The notes: generated from the letters alone by a model not told the origin. A stretch of DNA of 64,000 nucleotides from Macrostomum hystrix (GCA_950097015.1 CATNEN010000038.1:3658001-3722000); one strand, 5' to 3'. Positions 26,601-39,043 are shown, numbered from the stretch's first letter. Numbers and translations are program-made.

Positions 26601-28130
26601 CAAAGCACGAGCCTGAAGTTCGATAGTCACTGGCCTGAAGTTCGATAGTCAGTGGCCTGAAGTTAATTAGTCACTGGCCTGAAGTTCGATGGTCACTGGC
26701 CTGAAGTTCGATAGTCACTGGCCTGAAGTTCGATAGTCAGTGGCCTGAAGTTAATTAGTCACTGGCCTGAAGTTCGATGGTCACTGGCCTGAAGTTCGAT
26801 AGTCACGGGCCTGAGAAGGTAGGACTCATTAACAAAGCACGAGCCTGAAGTTCGATGGTCACTGGCCTGAAGTTGGTAGGTCACTGGCCTAAATTCGATA
26901 GTCACTGGCATGTAGTTCGATAGTCACTGGCCTGAGGAGGTAGGACTCACTCACAAAGCACGAGCCTGAAGTTCGATGGTCACTGGCCTGAAGTTAATTA
27001 GTCACTGGCCTGAAGTTAATTAGTCACTGGCCTGAAGTTAATTAGTCACTGGCCTGAAGTTCGATGGTCACTGGCCTGAAGTTAGTAGGTCACTGGCCTG
27101 AAGTTCGATAGTCACAGGCCTGAGGAGGTAGGACTCACTCACAAAGCACGAGCCTGAAGTTCGATGGTCACAGGCCTGAGGAGGTAGGACTCACTCACAA
27201 AGCACGAGCCTGAAGTTCGATGGTCACTGGCCTGAAGTTAATTAGTCACTGGCCTGAAGTTCGATGGTCACTGGCCTGAAGTTCGATGGTCACTGGCCTT
27301 AAGTTAGTAGGTCACTGGCCTGAAGTTCGATAGTCACAGGCCTGAGGAGGTAGGACTCACTCACAAAGCACGAGCCTGAAGTTCGATGGTCACAGGCCTG
27401 AGGAGGTAGGACTCACTCACAAAGCACGAGCCTGAAGTTCGATGGTCACTGGCCTGAAGTTAATTAGTCACTGGCCTGAAGTTCGATGGTCACTGGCCTG
27501 AAGTTCGATGGTCACTGGCCTTAAGTTAGTAGGTCACTGGCCTGAAGTTCGATAGTCACAGGCCTGAGGAGGTAGGACTCACTCACAAAGCACGAGCCTG
27601 AAGTTCGATGGTCACAGGCCTGAGGAGGTAGGACTCACTCACAAAGCACGAGCCGGAAGTTCGATGGTCACTCGCCTGAAGTTAATTAGTCACTGGCCTG
27701 AAGTTCGATGGTCAGTGGCCTGAAGTTAATTAGTCACTGGCCTGAAGTTCGATGTCACTGGCCTGAGAAGGTAGGACTCACTCACAAAGCACGAGCCTGA
27801 AGTTCGATGGTCACTGGCCTGAAGTTCGATAGTCACTGGCCTTAAGTTGGTAGGTCACTGGCCTGAAGTTAATTAGTCACTGGCCTGAAGTTCGATAGTC
27901 ACTGGCCTGAGAAGGTAGGACTCACTCACAAAGCACGAGCCTTAAGTTCGATGGTCACTGGCCTGAAGTTCGATAGTCACTGGCCTGAAGTTCGATAGTC
28001 ACTGGCCTGAGAAGGTAGGATTCATTCACAAACCACGAGCCTGAAGTTCGATAGTCACTGGCCTGAGAAGGTAGGACTCATTCACAAAGCACGAGCCTGA
28101 AGTTCGATATTCACTGGCCTGAATTTCGAT
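23668..28130. repeat. Composite satellite: 22-bp module (GGCCTGAAGTTCGATRGTCACT) punctuated by an ankyrin-like module (GGCCTGAGGAGGTAGGACTCACTCACAAAGCACGAGCC)
   Basis: Tandem structure is visible directly; the punctuating module resembles the ankyrin repeat DNA at 34.6-37.8 kb in inverted orientation. Confidence 0.93.
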
Positions 28131-28296
28131 GTCAAGTTTGCGGAAATGGCGGAGGGCGGTATCGGAGCTGCAGGATTTGAGGCTCGTTTTCATATCCATA
28201 TTTATCATGGCTTTGCAGTCGATCATAGAATTACTGTTAAAATGTGTTTTCTGGTTTACTTTTGGTTGAATCGTTTTCTTGGCATCCACGTTAGGG

Positions 28297-29876
28297 TCAC
28301 AAACACACACAGCTCTCTTTCTTTCTTTCTTGGTATGCAAGTTGACTCCGACTCGAATTCTCAAATGCATATTCACCTTGGTCTTGGCGATCTTCACATT
28401 GACTGCTCAGCCTCTCAATCTTCTGCTGCAGCCACCCCGGCAGCCGGAACAGCTCGTGAGTGATTCTTCTGCGCAGCCGCCGCAGCTGCTCCAGATCTCC
28501 GCAGATCGCCGCAGCCACCAGCAGCTCCTGCTCATCCGCATCCTCCATCTGAGCCACATCCCGGATCCAGTCCTGATCGCTCCCGTCTCCTGCTCCTGTC
28601 AGCTCATTGCGAAGGGCCCGCAGCAGAGCGTCAAAGTTCAGGTAGAATGTGCTGTAGTTTATCATCTGCAGCGGAAAGCAGTCGGCAAAGACTTTGTGCT
28701 CAATCGGCAGCTTCGGTCGATCGTCAAACTCAAAGCAGAATTTCCAGGCGGAGTCTCGGCTCCTCAGGTGCTGCCACACAAAGTCCGCAGTGGCCTCACT
28801 CGCCGACCTCTCAGCTCCCCAATCGATTCCTCTGCTCGCAATAAACGGCCCGCAGTCACTCAAAACTCTCGCTGCACTGAGTCGGTCGCCGAACTTCAGG
28901 CAGGCCAGCGCTCTGAGAGACTCTCGCGCTGATCGGGCGCAGTCTGGCAGTTTGTCGATCAGCCCTGCGAGACTCTCTCGGGACTGCGGGCTGCGGTCTC
29001 CATCGGACAGACGAAGCACCGTCGCTCTCACGATGTCGTAGATCTCGTGGAACTCGCATGTCTTGGCTTCTGACACGGGTCGGTCCTTGAGTAGAGGCAG
29101 GATGAGGAACGGCTTCTTGGCTTTTGACACGGGTCTGACTTGAAGAATCGGCAGGATGAGGAACGGGTGGAAGTGGAATTGGCCCGAGTCGGTGACGGGT
29201 CGCAGACTGTCCTCGAACTGCAGCAGCAGCTGAGGCAGCTCAGCCATGGCGTCTCTCAATGCGCCGGCTGCCCGATCCAACGCTTCGCTCACTCTCTCAG
29301 CTGATGTGGGCGACTTCAAGCCTTTCAGGTACACAGCGGCATCGCTCAGGAAGAAGTGCTCCAGGATCCGACCGTCAGGTGTGTCTGATCTGCAGCCGCT
29401 CTCCACACCGTCAAGCAAAATCTGCAGCGAGCGTGTCGTGAGACTCACGAGATTCTCCGGCTTCCACTGCTCAGCCGGTGTCTCCTCCAGCATTCGGAAC
29501 GTGACGGTCTTTGCGTGATAGGACTTGAAGCCGACGTTTGAGATTTTCTTCTTCAGCAGCCACTTGAGTGTGACGAACAGCTGGCCTTGCAGAGTGCTGA
29601 GACTCCGCAGCAGTCGCCTCTCCAGGAAGCTGCTGCTCACTCGGAGCTGCTGGCCCCCCATTCCGGGAGGAGCTGCGTGCACCACGTGACAGGGCGATGA
29701 ATCAGAGGTTTGGTCTCGCTGGAGCGACAGCAGCACGGACTGGGGGATGTTGGAGTTGGAGACTCTTGGTGGCAGCAGCGGCGCGATGGGAGGGTAGCGG
29801 CAGAGGCGGCGGGCGTCGACTAGGTCCACAGCCGGTCTCAGTGCGGAGCCACGTTGAGTGGAGGCTGGGTTGGAGG
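28297..29876 (-). CDS. Ankyrin-cGLR gene: exon with third catalytic Asp and Mab-21 C-terminal lobe
   Basis: Acceptor TTTCTCCAG| at 29877 (phase 1). Reads ...RPAVDLVDA..., [37 protein letters not shown] (cGAS/Mab-21 SYHxKT motif) and LEHFFL. A further donor CAAG|GTGAAT is possible at 28376. Confidence 0.85.
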
Positions 29877-30766
29877 CTGGAGAAATGGAAATGCGAGAAA
29901 TATGGAAAATGCCACAGATTTCAAGTTGATAGACACAAAACTATTTCTCGATAATATAAACAGGAAAAAATAGTGCAAAGATGGTTTGTAGCTGCCATTA
30001 TACGAGTATATTGCTAGTAAGAATTGGCTGTTCGGAATATAGTTGAAAATCAATGGACATTGATTAGCAAAATTTCAAAATCACGGAAAACGAATTCTGT
30101 AAAAACGGCAATAGAATATAATATAACAGAAATCACAGACATTTGCAATGGCCCAGCCGCAGCTTTTGTACTACGCTTCAAAAAGCTGAGTACAACGGTT
30201 CAGTCCATGGACTGGGGTGGACACCTCAAAAACTGTCATTTTAATTAGTCATTTTGCTTGTACCCGCTTTACTGGCTGTTGAATTGGAAACTTTTTAGCT
30301 TTTCAGCTTTCATATTGCCGTTCAAAGAGGAATTTCACAAATCAGTAATTACAACTCATTACTTGAACTTGAGAAACTTGAATGAATCGTCTGGGCACCC
30401 CGAAGATGGGCTTACATGGCTAGTTAAGTAACAGTTTAGAGCGAATATGGGATATTTGATTTTGGCTTATAAAAATCTGTACGTACAATGAATATATAAT
30501 ATGGCATCACTATTCACTGAGTACACTGAGCGATGAGCGCTAAGCCTCTGTTTGGTTCCCAGAGGAATCGCGCCGAATGAAAAATCGCACTTTACATTTT
30601 TGCTGGGAAATTTCTTGCTCTGGCTCTGCATTTCAAACTGGACTGAACATTTGTTTGTTCTCCTTGTTTGTTGTTTGCTTTAGAAAGCCAAAGAAGATCA
30701 GCAAGCCAAACACATGTTCAATTCTTGTCCCAGCCATCCCGACAGTCTCTGGCAGGAAATTCTCAC

Positions 30767-31158
30767 CGAATCCGGAGCTCAGGATGTGGCCATTGCTGAG
30801 CTCCACTGTCTGAGCAGCCTCCACTCGGTCGCACTCGCACACATCTCTCGGGTGAATCCGCCTTCCTGGAATCAGCTGAATAACATCGATGTCAGAGTCG
30901 ATGTCAGTTCTGCCATCCAGAGAGACCAGGCTGTTGCCCCAGGCCTCAGAGAAGCTGCCCACAGCGAACCAGTTCTCAGAGTTCCATCTCTTCCTGAGAA
31001 CATCCTGCAAGACGTCAGCCACAGCGATCTGCAAGGCGGCTCTGGAGTCCACGAATCCCGACTGAGAGAGCTTGGAGTGCAGCTGCTGGCTCAGCTCTGC
31101 GTGGCTGGGTGCGGCTCTGAAGGGTGAGAGGAGGCGGCAGTGCTGAGTTTCAGTGAGG
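30767..31158 (-). CDS. Ankyrin-cGLR gene: nucleotidyltransferase core exon
   Basis: WFAVGSFSEAWG...DIDSDIDVI carries GS and DxD. The donor TTCG|GTGAGA at 30766 (phase 1) joins in frame to 29876. The in-frame phase-2 acceptor is CTCCCAG| at 31159. Confidence 0.82.
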
Positions 31159-31308
31159 CTGGGAGGCTCTGAAGGGTGAGAGGAGGCGGCAGTGCTGAGT
31201 TTCAGTGAGGCTGGGAGGCTCTGAAGGGTGAGAGGAGGCGGCAGTGCTGAGTTTCAGTGAGGCTGGGAGGCTCTGAAGGGTGAGAGGAGGCGGCAGTGCT
31301 GAGTTTCA
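31113..31308. repeat. 52-bp tandem repeat (~3.7 copies) overlapping a 3' splice site
   Basis: Period 52 (31141, 31193, 31245). Confidence 0.92.
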
Positions 31309-31449
31309 CTAGGATTAAAACTACAGCTGAAACTAGGAATGTGAGAAATAAATACTTTTAAAAAAATAGTAGGCGGATTTTTTGCCACTAAACAGTCAGA
31401 ATGTGCCAATTACAAAAAAATTAAATCCTGCATTTTTTTGTAACACTAA

Positions 31450-33905
31450 TTCTAAACCTGTAACATTAAATCCCAAACCTGTAAAACTGCATCCCAAACC
31501 TGTAATATTGCATCCCAAACCTGTAATATTGCATCCGAAACCTGTAATATTAAATCCCAAACCTGTAATATTGAATCCCAAACCTGTAATATTAAATCCC
31601 AAACCTGTAATACTGCATCCCAAGCCTGTAATACTGCATCCCAAACCTGTAACATTAAATCCCAAACCTGTAATACTGCATCCCAAACCTGTTATATTAA
31701 ATCCCAAACCTGTAATATTAAATCCCAAACCTGTAATACTGTATCCCAAACCTGTAATACTGCATCCCAAACCTGTAATATTGAATTCCAAACCTGTAAT
31801 GTTGAATCCCAAACCTGTAATACTGCATCCCAAACCTGTAATATTAAATTCCAAACCTGTAATGTTGAATCCAAAACCTGTAATACTGCATCCCAAGCCT
31901 GTAATACTGTATCCCAAACCTGTAACATTAAATCCGAAACCTGTAATATTAAATCCCAAACCTGTAACATGAAATCCCAAACCTGTAATACTGCATCCCA
32001 AACCTGTAATATTAAATCCCAAACCTGTAATACTGCATCCCAAACCTGTAATACTGCATCCCAAACCTGTAATACTGCATCCCAAACCTGTAATACTGAA
32101 TCCCAAACCTGTAATATTAAATCCCAAACCTGTAATACTGCATCCCAAATCTGTAATATTAAATCCCAAACCTGTAATACTGCATCCCAAACCTGTAATA
32201 TTAAATCATAAACCTGTAATACTGCATCCCAAACCTGTAATACTGCATCCCAAACCTGTAATATTAAATCCCAAACCTGTAATATTAAATCCCAAACCTG
32301 TAATACTGCATCCCAAACCTGTAATACTGCATCCCAAACCTGTAATACTGCATCCCAAACCTGTAATACTGCAACCCAAACCTGTAATGCTGCAACCCAA
32401 ACCTGTAATACTGCAACCCAAACCTGTAATACTGCAACCCAAACCTGTAATACTGCATCCCAAAACTGTAATATTAAATCGCAAACCTGTAACATGAAAT
32501 CCCAAACCTGCAATACTGCATCCCAAACCTGTAATATTAAATCCCAAACCTGTAATATTAAATCCCAAACCTGTAATACTGCATCCCAAACCTGTAATAC
32601 TGCATCCCAAACCTGTAATATTAAATCCCAAACCTGTAATACTGCAACCCAAACCTGTAATACTGCATCCCAAACCTGTAATATTAAATCCCAAACCTGT
32701 AATATTAAATCCCAAACCTGTAATACTGCATCCCAAACCTGTAATATTAAATCCCAAACCTGTAATATTAAATTCCAAACCTGTAATATTGAATCCCAAA
32801 CCTGTAATACTGCATCCCAAGCCTGTAATACTGTATCCCAAACCTGTAACATTAAATCCGAAACCTGTAATATTAAATCCCAAACCTGTAACATGAAATC
32901 CCAAACCTGTAATTCTGCATCCCAAACCTGTAATATTAAATCCCAAACCTGTAATACTGCATCCCAAACCTGTAATACTGCATCCCAAACCTGTAATACT
33001 GCATCCCAAACCTGTAATACTGAATCCCAAACCTGTAATACTGCAACCCAAACCTGTAATACTGCATCCCAAAACTGTAATATTAAATCGCAAACCTGTA
33101 ATACTGCATCCCAAAACTGTAATATTAAATCCCAAACCTGTAATACTGCATCCCAAACCTGTAATACTGCATCCCAAACCTGTAATATTAAATCCCAAAC
33201 CTGTAATATTAAATCCCAAACCTGTAATACTGCATCCCAAACCTGTAATACTGCATCCCAAACCTGTAATACTGCATCCCAAACCTGTAATACTGCAACC
33301 CAAACCTGTAATGCTGCAACCCAAACCTGTAATACTGCAACCCAAACCTGTAATACTGCAACCCAAACCTGTAATACTGCATCCCAAAACTGTAATATTA
33401 AATCGCAAACCTGTAATACTGCATCCCAAAACTGTAATATTAAATCCCAAACCTGTAATACTGCATCCCAAACCTGTAATATTAAATCCCAAACCTGTAA
33501 TATTAAATCCCAAACCTGTAATACTGCATCCCAAACCTGTAATACTGCATCCCAAACCTGTAATATTAAATCCCAAACCTGTAATACTGCAACCCAAACC
33601 TGTAATACTGCATCCCAAACCTGTAATATTAAATCCCAAACCTGTAATATTAAATCCCAAACCTGTAATACTGCATCCCAAACCTGTAATATTAAATCCC
33701 AAACCTGTAATACTGCATCCCAAACCTGTAATATTAAATCCCAAACCTTTAATATTTAATTCCAAACCTGTAATACTGCATCCCAAACCTGTAATACTGC
33801 ATTCCAAACCTGTAATACTGCAACCCAAACCTGTAATACTGCATCCCAAACCTGTAATACTGCAACCCAAACCTGTAATATTTAATTCCAAACCTGTAAT
33901 GTTGA
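31450..33905. repeat. Intronic 21-bp satellite (AAACCTGTAATACTGCATCCC / AAACCTGTAATATTAAATCCC)
   Basis: Direct tandem repeat with two interleaved main variants. Confidence 0.97.
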
Positions 33906-34452
33906 ATCATCTAAAATCAAATCCCATATTCATAAACTGAGAATTAAACAGAGAATTTTGAAGTGGAGTCTGCTGTCTGTAGCTAAACAGGCATTGTCAA
34001 TAAGAGCCACTAGGAAGTTCTGTATTTTGCCTTCTGAGGGCGCCACTAAAAACTAGGGGCAGTGCCACTGCCAGTGCCACTAACAATTTCCAATCTTTGT
34101 AGTATATTCTTCGGCGCAAACAAACCCTTTTTTTCTATTTCCTATCACCGTACGTTTCGGTTATTTTACTCCTAGTGGTCATTGGTGGGAATTCGCGGAT
34201 TTTCGGGGGCAATTCGCTAAAAATCCGCCAGCTCTTAAAAAATGCAAAGTAAAAGCAGCAGGTATTCGAGAGAACCTTTTTGTGCTCACAAGGGTTGTAC
34301 ACAGGCTACCATATTTTGTATCTACAGTAACTGACACACAATCAGTTACGAACTTCAGCTAACAGATTTCGAGTCTGATTGCTCAGAGAATCCGAAGTCT
34401 CAAATTATCTATGATTGCTCAGGTGACTTTTACAAGAAACAGGAGCTCCTAC

Positions 34453-37400
34453 CTGTTTTGCTTCTCAGGCAATGGCGCGGAGGATCCACGGCTCAGCAGG
34501 TCAACCACTCGGTCATGGCCGACTTCCTTGGCGATTCGCAGAGCAGCTTCCAGCAATTCTGGGCTATGAACGACCGTCATGAGTGACTCGACAACACTGA
34601 GGTGGCCGTTCTGGGACGCAATGTAGAGAGGTGAGGAGCCATGGACTTTGTCTTGAAGATTAACGTCGGCTCGTGCTTTGATGAGTGAGTCCACCACCTC
34701 CTTATGGCCATTTTGTGATGCAATGTAGAGAGGTGAGGCGCCAGTATTTGTTTGAAGATTGACGTCGGCTCGTGCTTTGATGAGTGAGTCCACCACCTCC
34801 TTATGGCCATTTTGTGATGCAATGTAGAGAGGTGACTCGCCAGTATTTGTTTGAAGATTGACGTCGGCTCGTGCTTTGATGAGTGAGTCCACCACCTCCT
34901 TATGGCCATTTTGTGATGCAATGTAGAGAGGTGAGGCGCCAGTATTTGTTTGAAGATTGACGTCGGCTCGTGCTTTGATGAGTGAGTCCACCACCTCCTT
35001 ATGGCCATTTTGTGATGCAATGTAGAGAGGTGAGGAGCCATAGACTTTGTCTTGAAGATTGACGTCGGCTCGTGCTTTGATGAGTGAGTCCACCACCTCC
35101 TTATGGCCATTTTGTGATGCAAGGTAGAGAGGTGACTCGCCAGTATTTATTTGAAGATTGACGTCGGCTCGTGCTTTGATGAGTGAGTCCACCACCTCCT
35201 TATGGCCATTTTGTGATGCAATGCAGAGAGGTGAGGAGCCACGGACTTTCTCTTGAAGATTGACGGCGGCTCGTGCTTTGATGAGTGAGTCCACCACCTC
35301 CTTATGGCCATTGCAGGATGCAATGTAGAGAGGTGAATCGCCAGTATTTGTTTGAAGATTGACGTCGGCTCGTGCTTTGATGAGTGAGTCCACCACCTCC
35401 TTATGGCCATTTTGTGATGCAATGTAGAGAGGTGAGCAGCCATGGACTTTCTCTTGAAGATTGACGTCGGCTCGTGCTTTGATGAGTGAGTCCACCACCT
35501 CCTTATGGCCATTGTAGGATGCAATGTAGAGAGGTGAGGAGCCAGTATTTCTTTGAAGATTGACGTCGGCTCGTGCTTTGATGAGTGAGTCCACCACCTC
35601 CTTATGGCCATTTTGTGATGCAAGGTAGAGAGGTGACTCGCCAGTATTTCTTTGAAGATTGACGTCGGCTCGTGCTTTGATGAGTGAGTCCACCACCTCC
35701 TTATGGCCATTTTGTGATGCAATGTAGAGAGGTGAATCGCCAGTATTTCTTTGAAGATTGACGTCGGCTCGTGCTTTGATGAGTGAGTCCACCACCTCCT
35801 TATGGCCATTTTGTGATGCAAGGTAGAGAGGTGACTCGCCAGTATTTATTTGAAGATTGACGTCGGCTCGTGCTTTGATGAGTGAGTCCACCACCTCCTT
35901 ATGGCCATTTTGTGATGCAATGCAGAGAGGTGAGGAGCCACGGACTTTCTCTTGAAGATTGACGGCGGCTCGTGCTTTGATGAGTGAGTCCACCACCTCC
36001 TTATGGCCATTGCAGGATGCAATGTAGAGAGGTGAATCGCCAGTATTTGTTTGAAGATTGACGTCGGCTCGTGCTTTGATGAGTGAGTCCACCACCTCCT
36101 TATGGCCATTTTGTGATGCAATGTAGAGAGGTGAGCAGCCACGGACTTTCTCTTGAAGATTGACGTCGGCTCGTGCTTTGATGAGTGAGTCCACCACCTC
36201 CTTATGGCCATTGTAGGATGCAATGTAGAGAGGTGAGGAGCCAGTATTTCTTTGAAGATTGACGTCGGCTCGTGCTTTGATGAGTGAGTCCAACACCTCC
36301 TTATGGCCTTGCTGTGATGCAATGTAGAGAGGTGACTCGCCAGTATTTCTTTTAAGATTGACGTCGGCTCGTGCTTTGATGAGTGAGTCCACCACCTCCT
36401 TATGGCCATTTTGTGATGCAATGTAGAGAGGTGACTCGCCAGTATTTGTTTGAAGATTGACGTCGGCTCGTGCTTTGATGAGTGAGTCCACCACCTCCTT
36501 ATGGCCATTTTGTGATGCAATGTAGAGAGGTGAGCAGACATCGACTTCTTGAAGATTGACGTCGGCTCGTGCTTTGATGAGTGAGTCCACCACCTCCTTA
36601 TGGCCATTTTGTGATGCAATGTAGAGAGGTGAGCAGCCATGGACTTTCTCTTGAAGATTGACGTCGGCTCGTGCTTTGATGAGTGAGTCCACCACCTCCT
36701 TATGGCCATTTTGTGATGCAATGTAGAGAGGTGAGCAGCCATGGACTTTCTCTTGAAGATTGACGTCGGCTCGTGCTTTGATGAGTGAGTCCACCACCTC
36801 CTTATGGCCTTGCTGTGATGCAATGTAGAGAGGTGACTCGCCAGTATTTCTTTTAAGATTGACGTCGGCTCGTGCTTTGATGAGTGAGTCCACCACCTCC
36901 TTATGGCCATTGTAGGATGCAATGTAGAGAGGTGAGGAGCCAGTATTTCTTTGAAGATTGACGTCGGCTCGTGCTTTGATGAGTGAGTCCACCACCTCCT
37001 TATGGCCATTGTAGGATGCAATGTAGAGAGGTGAGGAGCCAGTATTTCTTTGAAGATTGACGTCGGCTCGTGCTTTGATGAGTGAGTCCACCACCTCCTT
37101 ATGGCCATTTTGTGATGCAATGTAGAGAGGTGAATCGCCAGTATTTCTTTGAAGATTGACGTCGGCTCGTGCTTTGATGAGTGAGTCCACCACCTCCTTA
37201 TGGCCATTTTGTGATGCAATGTAGAGAGGTGAGCAGACATCGACTTCTTGAAGATTGACGTCGGCTCGTGCTTTGATGAGTGAGTCCACCACCTCCTTAT
37301 GGCCATTTTGTGATGCAATGTAGAGAGGTGAGGCGCCAGTATTTGTTTGAAGATTGACGTCGGCTCGTGCTTTGATGAGTGAGTCCACCACCTCCTTATG

Positions 37401-38135
37401 GCCATTTTGTGATGCAATGTAGAGAGGTGAGCAGACATCGACTTCTTGAAGATTGACGTCGGCTCGTGCTTTGATGAGTGAGTCCACCACCTCCTTATGG
37501 CCATTTTGTGATGCAATGTAGAGAGGTGAGCAGCCATGGACTTTCTCTTGAAGATTGACGTCGGCTCGTGCTTTGATGAGTGAGTCCACCACCTCCTTAT
37601 GGCCTTGCTGTGATGCAATGTAGAGAGGTGACTCGCCAGTATTTCTTTTAAGATTGACGTCGGCTCGTGCTTTGATGAGTGAGTCCACCACCTCCTTATG
37701 GCCATTTTGTGATGCAATGTAGAGAGGTGACTCGCCAGTATTTCTTTGAAGATTGACGTCGGCTCGTGCTTTGATGAGTGAGTCCACCAGTCGGTGGTGA
37801 CCAAATGCGGATGCAATATACAATGCTGTCTCCCCTCTCCAGTTCTGCTTATCTACATCCGCAATGGCTCGGATGAGTCTCACCAGAATTTCATGTCTTC
37901 CGAATCGGCAAGCGAGCATTGCTGGAGTATAAAATGATTCTGCAATGGCGATGAAGGCATCGAGGCTTCCGCCGCTGGCAATGAATCGCTGAACCGGCTC
38001 AACTCGGTCATCTCTGATGGCTGCCAGCAGCTCTTCGTTGGTGAGTTCTTCTGAGTCTTCTCGCTGCTGTGAGGAATGAAGTGAGTTCATCAAGTACACC
38101 AGGACAGCCGTGAGTATTCTCAGCAAGGGAAACAT
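34453..38135 (-). CDS. Ankyrin-cGLR gene: ankyrin-repeat exon (~32 near-identical 33/34-aa repeats plus divergent caps)
   Basis: Uninterrupted 1228-aa ORF with consensus xNTGxSPLYIASQNGHKEVVDSLIKARADVNLQ, ending at the donor AACAG|GTAGGA (34452, phase 2). The true start is uncertain; a possible acceptor TTCCTCACAG lies near 38067. Confidence 0.92.
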
Positions 38136-38269
38136 TTTGCATGTGTCTGCTTCTGGGTTGGGAAAGTGGCAAATGTGGTGGAGTAGCTTGGCACATTGCT
38201 TTTGTTGTCCGCTGCAGCCAACCAGAAGCCTTCTTTACTGCAGGAGGCTTATTGGCTGTTCAACTGCTT

Positions 38270-39043
38270 AGAGGAGAGGGAAGGAGAGGAGGAGACGAGA
38301 GGAGAGAAGAAAACGAGAGAAGAGGAGAAAAGAGGAGCTGACGACGAGAAAAGAGGAGACGAGAGGAGAGGAGAAGAGGAGAGGAGACGAGAGGAAAAAA
38401 GGAGAGGAGAGGAGAAAAGACAAGACAAGAGGGGACAGGAGAGGAGAGGAGAGGAGAGCAAAGGAGAAGCGGAGATGAGAGAAGAGGAGAGAAGGAGAGG
38501 AGAGGAGAGAAGAAAAGGAGAGAAAAAGAGAAAAGAGGAGAGAAGAGGATAAAGAGGACAAAAGAAGAGAAGAGGAGAAAAGAGGAGAAGAGGAGAGGTA
38601 AGAAGAGGAGAAGAGTAGAGGAGGAAAGGAGAGGAGAGAATAAAGGGAGAGAAGAGGAGAGAAGAAAGGGAGAGAAGAGGAGAAAAGAGGAGAAGAGGAG
38701 AGAAGAGAGAAGAGAAGAGGAGAGAAGTGGAGAGGAGAAGAGGAGAAGAGAGAAGAGGAGAGAAGAGGAGAGGAGAGAAGAGGAGAGGAGAGGAGAGGAA
38801 AAGAGGAGAGGAATGGAGAGGAGATCAGGGGAAGAGGAGAGGAGAGGAGAAGAGGAGAGGCGAAGAGGAAAAGAAGAGAGAAGAGAAGAGGAGAGGAGAG
38901 GAGAGAAGAAATGGAGAAGAGGAGATGAGAGAAGAGGAAGGAAGAGGAGAGGAGAGGAGAAGAGGAGAGGAGAGGAGAAGAGGAGAGGAGTGGAGAAGAG
39001 GAGAGGAGGCGAGGAAAAGAGGAGAGAAGAGAAGAGGAGAGAA
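38270..39043. repeat. Polypurine (GA-rich) simple-sequence tract
   Basis: Almost exclusively G/A on the + strand. Confidence 0.95.

Noticed and set aside
23668-28130. CRISPR-like repeat/spacer appearance
   Set aside because: The intervening segments are themselves repeats rather than unique spacers; there are no cas genes and the context is eukaryotic.
31382-33940. ORFs such as (ITGLGCS)n and (PKPVILH)n
   Set aside because: Intronic 21-bp satellite with frame-breaking indels.
34577-37816. Alternative-frame ORFs (HHKMAIRRWWTHSSK repeats)
   Set aside because: Shadow frames of the ankyrin repeat array.
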